Below the pieces are notes generated by a model, which worked only from the letters and a program-made list of their open reading frames with translations, searched no databases and had not been told where the DNA came from. Both the position numbers and the translations under genes were made by a program. Positions 1 through 10,873 of a stretch of 64,000 nucleotides of DNA are shown here, in pieces. This DNA comes from Alloascoidea hylecoeti (lineage: Eukaryota), in NCBI GenBank assembly GCA_001600815.1, contig BCKZ01000040.1, positions 1 to 64,000 of the forward strand, given 5' to 3'. Position 1 is the first letter of the stretch. The number at the start of each line of letters is the position of its first letter.

Positions 1-818
1 GACACAGCCTTTGAGAAGTTCTCTTTAGGGACGAATGGGTTGAAGCTNGATATCAATTCTGTTAGTGGNCCTCTTTTCACTTCTATCGTCACTATAGGTT
101 CCACTTCATTTTCAGGTGTTATGATATAATCTGAGACAGTCTTCAGATCTATAGAAGCACCACTTTTAGGATTGAAAAAGGCTGATATTTCTGATCTAAT
201 TTTTATATCTTCTGTCTCAGTCAATAAATTGAAGAGAGCTATAGCTGGTTCGAATAACTTTAGGAGTAGGAAAGATGATATATATATATATATATCCTTC
301 TCACTCAATTGGGGATAAGTTTTAACCGCTGGCCTCACGAAATCGCCTACAATAACCTGAAGATCAATCTCTAGGTCTTTACTCAATGCAGATTCCAGCC
401 ACATTTCTTCGCTCCTAAAATCAATTTCTGACTCCAGAATCAATTTAATTTTTGTTAAATAGTCTGACATTCTGTTTAATTTTTGAGTGTAGCTGCTAGC
501 ACTACTGACACCTTTTTCTGTAAATGTAATTTGAGAACCATTTTGCCTCATCATGTTTTTATTTATAGGGCCCTTTTTTAAAAATAGACCAGTTATAGGG
601 AGGTTTAACAGGAATTGCTTCATATGAAGCTGACTGACGGGGTTGTCAAAGAAGAATTCTCCGAAGAAATTTTGAAATGATTTCAAATTCGTATGTTCGT
701 TTAGATTACCAAAGAATTTTTCCAAGTTGATTTCNTGAATTTTACTATCGCCGCACTTCTCTGCATTTTCTGAGACTTCCCGTTTAAACAGGTTGAAACC
801 CTCGTTGAAATCCTTCAT
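1..818 (-). CDS. PD-(D/E)xK (restriction-endonuclease-fold)-like repeat-family protein, copy 1; 3' end runs off the window
   Basis: Hand translation from ATG 818 (MKDFNEGFNLFK...) stays open to the window edge (>=272 codons). Contains SDYIITP...IVTIEVKRG (D...ExK motif). Homologous to 29243-30140 and near-identical (1-244) to 30346-30589. Missing from the ORF track because there is no stop inside the window. Confidence 0.7.
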   Translation of the reverse strand, partial: MKDFNEGFNLFKREVSENAEKCGDSKIXEINLEKFFGNLNEHTNLKSFQNFFGEFFFDNPVSQLHMKQFLLNLPITGLFLKKGPINKNMMRQNGSQITFTEKGVSSASSYTQKLNRMSDYLTKIKLILESEIDFRSEEMWLESALSKDLEIDLQVIVGDFVRPAVKTYPQLSEKDIYIYISSFLLLKLFEPAIALFNLLTETEDIKIRSEISAFFNPKSGASIDLKTVSDYIITPENEVEPIVTIEVKRXPLTELIXSFNPFVPKENFSKAV

Positions 819-1057
819 TATACAATGTAATAGTGGTGGTGATATTTTTGGTGATGTCAAACTCNTACACCNGTAAACCCGTACACCCGGATATTTTTGG
901 GAAATACGTTTTCTAATTTATTACCAAGACAGCGGCGGACAACATCGAAAAAACAAAGCAAAAACAATCCATCAAAAGTCAAGAAAAGCACCAATTATTT
1001 CCCCCACCATATAAATCATCCAAAATTATTTACGGTGTATATACAGTCCTTCCACCT

Positions 1058-1410
1058 ATTAGTAGCGCTATTTTTGAAAATAATTAGCGATCTGTCTGAG
1101 AATTAATTAGCGTTCGCTTTGGAAATTAATTAAAATAAAATTTGATAATTAATTAGTGCCATTTTCGGAAATTATTTGGTCAAATTTAGCACTATTTTTT
1201 GTAAATTATTTAGTGTTATTTACATAAATTAATTTAGCGATNCGTATGAATAACTAATTAGCCACTTATTCAAAACTTAACTAGTGATGCGTGCGAAAGA
1301 TTAACAGTAAAGTTGTTGAAGATTAATTAGACTTATATTAGACATTGAATTTACCCAATATAATTAGTGTTTTGTGTGGGAGTTAATCAGCTATTTTCGA
1401 AAGCTTATTT
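1058..1410. repeat. Degenerate ~23-24 bp period array with core (A)ATTAATTAG(C/T)
   Basis: Core or variant at 1081, 1104, 1127, 1150, 1173, 1183, 1207, 1231, 1255, 1278, 1301, 1324, 1361, 1384; intervening bases vary. Confidence 0.75.
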
Positions 1411-1663
1411 AATATTTTTCATCGTAAATTGAGATTACTCGGCTCTTCACGATGATGTTCTTCAATAAATTTTTATATCCCATGATAGGTGTACTTTCTA
1501 CGTGAATCTTTAATACATTTGTCTGCCAATTCAAAGGATATCATTGGTGAATAAAGGAAGATTTGTTGATACAGCAGTAGTCATACCGATCATGAAAATC
1601 CTACTAAGTTCTCTTCTCATTAACTCATATAAGTTTTCATTAAATTTCAAATGAGTAACCCCT

Positions 1664-1855
1664 TTCTATATGACAATGGACAAGGTGAAATCAGAGATGA
1701 AGCTGGAAATCTAATCTAATTTATGAATTGGAACGACGAGAGGCTACGATTCTTGCGTCTGTTCAAAGAGTTATTGCTGGTTCCGAATTATATCAGCATG
1801 AAGTTTATTTACCTCCCTATTCACCGGACCTGAATCCAATTGAGCAATTTGGGTC
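1664..1855 (+). mobile_element. Tc1/mariner-IS630 DDE transposase remnant
   Basis: 1803-1853 translates VYLPPYSPDLNPIEQFG, the hallmark motif before the catalytic E. Possible MD(N)-like motif near 1665-1685. No intact ORF. Confidence 0.75.
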
Positions 1856-3312
1856 GTATCAACTTGAGTAATCCTCTTTTTTTTTTTTTTTTGTCTCAGA
1901 ACATTGAATTCTTATTAAATAATATCTATTTTTTTCCTATATGTGCATATTTAGAATCATAAAGATACTGATCACCATTACGCAGATAAATACGAACAGC
2001 CGGCCTCAATCGATCTGGTTATCTGATATTGATTAGTTTTCTAGAAATGAATTAAGTCGAAATTGATCAAATGATGAATTATTGACCTATTATAGTTTTA
2101 TAAAAAATACCCGCCTAATGTTATTTAATTGAGTCACTTTTTTATTTTCATTCCACGACATGAGATATGTAATGTATCAGCGTTAGGGTAAAATATTAAG
2201 GCTTATTAAATTCATTCAGATTATTTTGATTAAATTATTTAAGATTCTGATGGTTAATATTTGAAAGGATTATCTGTTGCTGAAAAAAAATAGCTCATAA
2301 AGCTCATTGTGATGTATTGTTAACGTTCATAGAAAGATGCGCTCTGAACCAGCACTCTATCTATTTTATTATTATCATTTGAAATGTAACAATTTGGGGT
2401 GTCTGAATAAAGTGGATATATGGTATAACAGTGAAATATACATATAAAATGATTTCATCACAGGAAGCAATTGATATTTAGAAGTTTTGGCCCATATTTA
2501 CAATATTATATATAAGCTAGTTATTTGTTTGTGACGAATTCTGTAATACTTAATACTTAATACTTATAGTGACTTTTAAGCTTCTCATTGCCATTGGCAA
2601 AAAATAAGTTTCGTTAACGTTTGTTCACTCGCCACATTTGTTTGTCTGAAGATTGTGATCATATAATTTATTTGCCCCTGATTGTTGGGGTATATTGATG
2701 TTTTTTGGAGCTCCAAACTTTTTAATTGGATATTGTCACACAAATGCTAAATTCCTAATCTCCTACTGTGCCAAGTATTGTAACTCTAGGCAATTAAACA
2801 TGAGCAATTTATAGAACAAGTATACGATAATGAACCAGAAAGAAGGTGTTAAGATTAGATTTGATGAAACACTACATATACGGGATTTTCAGATTATATC
2901 GGCCTACTCATACATTATAGCATATCAAACTCCTTATAATTATATTCGTGGCTTGAATTCATACTTGAGCACTGTAGAAAATAGACTACTGATTTTCACT
3001 ATTATTATTATTATAGTATAATAACTTACTGTAGGTAATGAATGGATATGAAAAGATTGATTATATTATCTATAACAGACTTCTGTTGAATATTAAGTCT
3101 TTTCTTATGAAACTAAATGTTAAAAACTATTCTTTCCTATAGGGGAAAATGAAGTGTTATTTATATCTACCATAGTTAATGATTTTCTTATTTTCAACAC
3201 ACAATTTCCCACCGACACGCATCTTAAACTTGGTCCTTATAATTAATTATAAATATCTACATAGTTTTTAATGATAGTTTTCAACCATTTGAAATTTTTA
3301 TAGCTATTACCC

Positions 3313-4176
3313 ATGAAAAGCGAAAATAATCTTCCTCTGGAACTCTTGTTGATAATAGTTGAACATATGGAACAAACCGATATAATTAGTTTCAGCTCTA
3401 TGTCAAACTATTACAGATCACTACTAATTCCAATTTCTTTTAGGAAAATTAAAGTAAATGGCCCAAACTCAAAGTTTTCAGTATCAAAACTGTTGCAACA
3501 ATCAGATGGAAATTTTTTGATAAATATTGGAAGTGGATTACGCAATTTGGAATACTTTAGGAGAGAATATGATACCGGTTTTCCTACCATATTCGAGGTA
3601 TTTGAAGAGCTCGATTTGTTATTGAAGTTATGCCCAAATTTAAAGAAATTGTTGTTTTTCGGTAATTGGTTTGATAGTATCTATGAGTTTTATTTTCCCG
3701 ATTGTTCCTCTGATACAATTGCAATTTTCTATAGCGATTCAAGAATAGGAAATTCATACCGAAGTCAAATTGTTATTCATTCGTTTGGTCAAATAAGGGA
3801 TCTTGTGTTCGTAACAAAAGCCGCGTTGATTGGAGACTATACAATTAGAATGAATCAATCACCACATTATCTTTTGTGTTTTCCAAATCTCGAAGTCCTA
3901 TCCCTAAGGGGATTCTCATTGGATACTCATTTCTTGGAAAGAATACAGTTTCTACCCAAACTTACTAAATTTATTTCAATAAATTATAATGTTAAGGATC
4001 AATACGGACATACTAAGTTATATCCAAAAAAGCAGATTCCAGAAGCTTCAATAAGTTATTCTAATAAAATCTTTAATAGGTTAAGGTGGCAATATACTAA
4101 TAAGAAGAAGCATTTCTTTGAAGAAGTTTTTGTATCCATAACAGAGTCTTCAAATTGTGACCAAATTGATAATTAA
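3313..4176 (+). CDS. F-box protein with LRR-like C-terminus
   Basis: N-terminal LPLELLLIIVEHM...DIISFSSMS F-box pattern; CPNLKKL and FPNLEVLSL LRR-like segments. Confidence 0.7.
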   Translation: MKSENNLPLELLLIIVEHMEQTDIISFSSMSNYYRSLLIPISFRKIKVNGPNSKFSVSKLLQQSDGNFLINIGSGLRNLEYFRREYDTGFPTIFEVFEELDLLLKLCPNLKKLLFFGNWFDSIYEFYFPDCSSDTIAIFYSDSRIGNSYRSQIVIHSFGQIRDLVFVTKAALIGDYTIRMNQSPHYLLCFPNLEVLSLRGFSLDTHFLERIQFLPKLTKFISINYNVKDQYGHTKLYPKKQIPEASISYSNKIFNRLRWQYTNKKKHFFEEVFVSITESSNCDQIDN

Positions 4177-5122
4177 TCATTTGGATAATATCTATTAATT
4201 GTGAACAAATTCCGCAGTATACTTACATCTCTAATTTTACCTTCAATATATAATATTGAAATGAACTCCCATAAACATATCATAACATATAATATATGAT
4301 CCTTGATGTTCTCATATATATGCCTATAGGTATCAGGGCTAGTATTGAAATTGCAATATTATTTTTAATTTACATACGTGTATGGATTTCAAGCGCTGTA
4401 TATATTTTCTTTAATTTGAAATTGACTTCATTCCTAAATTATACCTATATTAATCAGTAACTCTATACAATGTTAATTATGATTAATTATATTTTAATAA
4501 CTATAGAAATTTCCTACTACTTGTATACATGTATAAACCCAGCTAATTGATTATGAGTTTTTCAATTGGATTTAGACGCTACATGATATGGCCTCGCAAA
4601 AATATATAAATATTTTACATATGTCATAAAAATGTTTTAATTAATGATGATAGTATGTATTTTGGACCTTGGAAGGATTAGTAAGTTTGATTAATAATAT
4701 GAATGATATCGATATAAGAGTAAGAGTAACTTTAGGCCAATTGTGCGATTAAGACATACCGGAATCAATAATCCCCACAATTATACCCTAGGTTCAATCA
4801 AGTAAAAAATGATCTTGGTTATGCAGAAATGAGGTGTCTGATGGTGTTGATAATACTTGATATAGGTCTTCACTTCTTCATGCATTTCACATTCTTCTCC
4901 TATAGTTTAGACGTTACATTGTTATGCTAAAAACCTCCTTTTTAAAGAATATCATTACGCAACCACAGATATTAATATTGCAACCGCTTCAACTGATGAA
5001 ATAGAAATATAGAGGTGTCATGATGTGTGACAGTGTGAAGCATGGTCCGACAGGAAATTGACTCCTCAGGAAACAAAAGATTTAGTATTTACTCTCTTTG
5101 TTGTAGGAAAGTCTACGCATAT

Positions 5123-5404
5123 ACATTCTTCTGATACAATAGAAGCTTATATATATTTAAACAATTTCAGGGGTTTCGTTCTACAACACATTCTTCTAAT
5201 ACAATATAAGCTTATAGATGTTTAAACAATTTCCTGGGGTTCGTTATATAACACATTCTTCCGATAGAAAATCATACCATACAATAGAAGCTTATATATT
5301 TAAACGATTTCAGGGGTTTCGTTATATAATACAATTAAATACATTCCTCTGATGCAATATAAGCTTAAAAATATTTAAAAAATTTCCTAGGTTTCACTAT
5401 ATAA
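5123..5404. repeat. Minisatellite, 4 x ~65 bp
   Basis: Units ACATTCTTC...ATACAATA(G/T)AAGCTTATA...TTTAAACAATTTC...GGG(T)TTCGTT(A/C)TA start at 5123, 5188, 5253, 5341. Confidence 0.9.
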
Positions 5405-5947
5405 TCTTCATATTGTCACAAGTAACTAATTAAATTTCTTCTTTAGGACACATATAAATTTATTTAACTATAAGATGATATATCATGATCAATAATAATA
5501 AATAGATGGATAAGATATCGATGACCAAGTAGCTACAAGGTTATAACATATATAATAGGTTACATAGTTACATAAGGTCTAATCTCACATATACCAAAGG
5601 CTCTATAGTCAATATGATGCAGTTCTTATAATAATTTCTTATTCCTCGATGTATCAAGTATACTTTCTACTTTCCCTTAGAAAGCATATACAATTTTAGC
5701 ACATGAACATGTTATTATTCTTGTCAATTCATACTTCTACATAATTAGAAATTTAGAATCCACAGCTTGACGCAATTATCATACTATACCCTTGCAACTT
5801 TCATCTCATGTGAAATAATGATACCGAATCAGTATCGATATTATTTTTAACACTGAATGAGGAAAGTTCAAAATGGCCATGAAAAATTGAAACTACTAAT
5901 ATTGTTGCTATATTTATAAATCCATGCATAATACACAAAGATCGTAA

Positions 5948-6333
5948 TACTGCGGGCGCATAGCTCTTTTTAACAAAGCCCAGACCCAGCGTTTCACTAA
6001 TGTTCAATTCCAATTAATATATATATATATATATTAGGGTGCATTATGGACAATAGGTTAATAAACCACAATGGTATTATACTAGTGGGTGCGTAGTTCT
6101 TTTTAACAAAGCCCAGACCCAACGATTATTATTTAATTCCAATCAATAGGGAGTGGGGGTAATTGTTGGACAATAGGTTAATAAACCACAATGATATTAT
6201 GCTGGTAGCGGCGCATAGCGCTTTTTAAAAGAGCCCAGACCCAACGTTTCACGACTTTCACTACTAATCATTTATAATTAATAAGCAGTAATAAGGATAA
6301 TTATTGATGGGAAATAGGCTACAATGGTATTAT
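5948..6333. repeat. Tandem repeat, ~3 x 122-133 bp
   Basis: GCCCAGACCCA at 5978, 6111, 6233; GGACAATAGGTTAATAAACCACAATG at 6048, 6168 and a degenerate copy near 6310. Confidence 0.9.
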
Positions 6334-8534
6334 ATTTTTAAGTTTAAAAGAAAAGAAAAGAAAAGAAAAGATCAAAAATACATTTCACAATTGGAATTGA
6401 AGACTATATAACCAATGGAATACATTCCCGTACAAGTATTATATCAGAACCTGCATTAAAGGCCGTTCCAATATTAATACATAAACTAAAATAAGTGGAG
6501 ATATTTCGAAATTGGGGTACTGCAAGTCTGTTTTTAGCATTAATAATGCAAACTAGAGCTAAGATTGGAAGTATATTAGGGTGCATATAAACGACCCACA
6601 TATCCCGTATTTCATCTACTGCTCTATATTTATATATTTATACACCCATGGACCTTGTTATCTAACACTGAGGCGAAAAAAAAGGATCCACAAATAGTGT
6701 TTTTAAACATCCTATCTAGACGATCTATTTATCAATATTTCAAATTCTATAGAACCTTAAAAAACATTTCCTACGAATGTATGCATTAAAAAATAATTAA
6801 TATGTTAGGATTATTATCCTTACATAAGATATATGATATTAGTTAACGTTATATGTCTAAATTTAGTTGTTAACTTGAGTTTAACTATAAACATTCATCT
6901 AGTAGTTGAAAAAATACTTCAACCGGAGCGGATTATAATTATTCATTTGCAACTGTTATAATTAGTGAAGTGTTTTACCGCTTAAGTATGGCTACGTTGT
7001 AGTAATTTCAGTTGCAACTCGTGTATGCATTGCATATATAATCTCAAATTTATAAACCAAATCCACATATTTTTCACACATATCACTCACAATTGCAAAA
7101 ATGAAGGCTTTCAAAAATGATCCGCCATACCTTGGGTTCATGATATCAATTTATCAAATCCATTATAAATTTAAAGTTGTTTGATCAGTACGTGACATTA
7201 AAATCACTATTATGATTCATGATTCTAATTATAAAGTTATTTTCAAACAATACATTCTTTAACTACAATTATTTACGGATAACTCTAAAGTTTTTTGTTT
7301 TTACCGTTGATCGTTAACGTTTATATGGATGGTACTCTTTTTTTAGATTTATATCATACTGCATTTGATTCCAATATCATATATCCGATTTTCCAAACTG
7401 TAAACTTTAAATTTTGGATGATTGATCTTAATGACATACGTAATTATAATTGACAATACTCAACTTTCTTAAAATGTAGTACAACAATTACTTGATCACT
7501 TACCTGTGAATAACATTTATACATGTATCAATATCGCATTTATATATTGAAATGAATTATTTATAAATGAGTTTCATAAATGTATGTGGTTACATTGTGG
7601 TATCATATAACCTGGGACTGACCATGTTGGTGTACCCCTTCAGAATTCAGAAATCAAACCATTAAATATTCTTATAACTTCGGATTCACACAAAATGATA
7701 AACCCCAATACTTATTACTAGCGCTTTATAATCAACCTAAGCTCTATAGTATACTACGATATAACACATAGCACTATGACCTCAATTTATAAATAACTAC
7801 AGAGCGGAGCACTCAATTTCCTATAGATTATCCTACTTAATTTAGGCACGTAGTTATAAATATAACAGACAATTTATATGCATAGATCCATGGCATATGG
7901 AATAGTAAAGCTAATTATTTACAAATGTAATCAATCAATGGATTCAATACTAACAATTTAAGATGATATTATAGCGAATGATAAATAAAAATCTAAATGC
8001 AAAATAAACTTGAGCTTTATAAATTAAGCGAATTTAATTTTAAGAGAACAAATTTTTATAATAAAAAATCAACATCAAAAAATAACAAATTGCAATAAAC
8101 AAAACAAAACAAAACAAATAAAAATCTCTAGAATAGATTAATAGTGTATAAATAAAATGACGAAGAATTTATAAAAATGGATGTGTGTAAGTTATAAAAT
8201 GCAAACAAACGAATCAAAAAAAAAAAAAAAAAATCATTAAATGAAAATGAAATGCAATGTGTGTGTATGTAAATATAATTATAATTTATAAGCATGAGTG
8301 TAATTTTATACCAAGTTAATTGTATAAAAAATGAAATGAAATATCAGCTGCAAGAAAAAGACAATTGTAAAGGAACGGTTTCTTAAATGTAAAAGGTCCG
8401 CATATAAGGCAATTAATAAATAATCAATAATGCTAATTTCGTTTTAAATTCTCTGACCAATAAAAGAAAAAAGGACATTATATTTATCATTATTAACAAT
8501 GGATTTGAATTGAAAATTTTGAAGCTTCTTAAGC

Positions 8535-10873
8535 TTATTTCTTTTTCTTTTTTTCTAACTGTTCATGAAATGAATTAATATAACTAACAATTCTATCAAT
8601 TGTTTTTTCATATTTTTGAGATCCTGTAACAAATAATTTTGATTCATCAAATAATTCAAAACTCGATACTTCTCCTTGCATTAATCGATTCGATGAATCT
8701 AAATAAATAATTACATCAGGTGAATAAAATTTTTGTTGTTTCATAAATTTTAAAACTAAATCCCAATCATTATCAGATGAAGAATGTGAAGATGATGGTA
8801 TTCTTGAACATTCTGATAATTCATCACATATTCTAATTAAATAACCATTTATAACAAATGAATCTTCACTTCTACTATCAAATGTTGAAATTAATTGTTG
8901 AATTTGTGAAATTTTCCAAATATTATCATTAAAATCCTTTTTGTTATCATTATTATCATTAATCATATTGTTATTAGTAGTATTGTTTAATAAAGATACT
9001 GGTGATCTTGGATGGCCAGGATCAGTAAATGGTGTATCAGTTAATAAACTTTTTGATAATCTACCAGCTAATAATCTTGAAAAATCAACTGTATTTTCAC
9101 CTTCAATTGATATTAATAATGTTTTTTTTAATGATTTTTCATTATAATGTTTCCTCCATGGCTCAAGATTTTTAATTAATAAATCTGCTTTTTCTTTAAT
9201 TGTAAGATCAATTTTTGGATTTAAATTATCATTACCATTAATATTAATCTTATTAATAGGTATGATAGGTGATTCAAGTTTTGGAATTTTATATGGTCTT
9301 TCATCATTTGAATGATTAATAAGTTCAGCAGGTGATAAGACTCTCTTTAATGCAGAAGAACCAAGAGGATTTGGATTTATTGGAGCAGGTGATAGCAAAC
9401 TTCTTGATCCATTATTCATTGAAAGGTTTTGTGAAAAGCCTTTTGGTGATGTTAATGAAGGAGGTGGTAATAAATTACCATTTCTATCATTATCTAATGG
9501 ACTTTGACGTTGTTGATGATGAAAATAATGTTGTGGTGTAGGTAATTGTGTAACATTTTGATCAATATTATTATTATTTATTATTTGCATTGGTTTTTGA
9601 TATGGAGAACTTATATATCCATTTGGACGAGGCAATTGATAAGAATTTAAACTTCCTGGGGGAGTAGTAGGAAGTTGATTTTGTTGATTTGGTGATGAAA
9701 ATGGAGGTTGTAAAACTTGAAATTGACCATAAGTAGTACTAGTTACTGGAGAGGAATTTAAGTTTTGTAATTGAATTTGTGCTTTACTTATATTTCGTGG
9801 ATCATGTTCCTTTTTAACTTGAACTTGTAATTGAGGTTGATATTGGCTTTGAAGATAAGGATGTGGAGGACCAGTTGGAGTTGGTTGAAGAGGGAAGTTA
9901 TATAAAAATGGACGAGGTGCATTTGGTGATTCATTTACAATATAACGAGGTTGTGGACTATCAGAATGCATATGAACAGTGGGAGTAACAACTGAATGAT
10001 GAAACGATCGATTATGATCATCTTTATTGCTAATGTTAGATTTATTATTACCTTTAAAACTTTGATTTGAATTAGTTGTTGATTTTGGTGATGATTTTCT
10101 ATTTGAATTATCAGATGGTTGATTTTTTGTAATATAACCATTACAAACAACACATTCAAAAACATTTCCATGACTTGTTTTATTTTTCATAACTCTTCTT
10201 GGTTGATATCTATAATCTGGATATTTTCTACTATGTTCTTTTTTTTCTTCTTCACTTAATTTAATCCAATAATTTTTTTCATCTTGTGTTAATGCTCTCC
10301 ATCTTTGACCTATTATTTTTGAAATTTCGGGATTTGATTTACCTTTGAATTCACCAACAACTGAAGCATGATATTTTTGACGGTATAAAATAAAAGCTAA
10401 TAAAAATAAAAGTAAGTATGATATTTTTGAAGTGTAAAAAAGTATAAAATATACATACCATTTCTTGGTCTTGGAATTCTATTACCATTCTTAGAGCACA
10501 TACAAGGATTTTGTAAAGCCTTTTGTTGAGAGATACCATTTGAATTTGATTCAATTGCAAAAGAATTAGTATAATCATTAATATTTCCACCAAGTTGCTG
10601 TTTTCCTTTATTTTTACTATGTATATTACTACTATTACTACTGCTATTACTGTTAAGGTTGTTATGTAGATGTCGTTTATCAGATAGTTGCCTATTTGAA
10701 ATATCAGAAGGAGTGATTGGAAGTGAAGGAGGCGTAATATAAGATCTTGCGGCTATAGAGGTTTGTAGCTGTGGATCAGAATGGGGAGACCATTCTCTTT
10801 TGATGGAGTCTTGGGCTACTTGAGCCAGTTGATGAAGCGGGTTTAGAGCGTCGATTGCATTTTGTGCGGCCAT
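8535..10873 (-). CDS. ROX1: ROX1/RFG1-family HMG-box transcription factor, 758 aa; exons 10459-10873 and 8535-10396
   Basis: Intron 10397-10458 (GTATGT...TACTTAC...TAG) joins IPRPRN|AFILYRQKYH...NPEISKIIGQRWRAL...YPDYRYQPRR, a Rox1-type HMG box. Frame is continuous with ORF 8535-10190. Confidence 0.85.

Noticed and set aside
1877..2045. Poly(T) tract as the tail of a reverse-oriented retrocopy
   Set aside because: No recognisable coding homology or target-site duplication.
5948..6250. Alpha-factor-like KR-WVWALL-KR reading of the repeat on the - strand
   Set aside because: Stops follow each unit, the units are out of frame, and there is no signal-peptide ORF.
5123..6333. CRISPR-like interpretation of the repeats
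   Set aside because: Eukaryotic context, long degenerate units, no cas genes.
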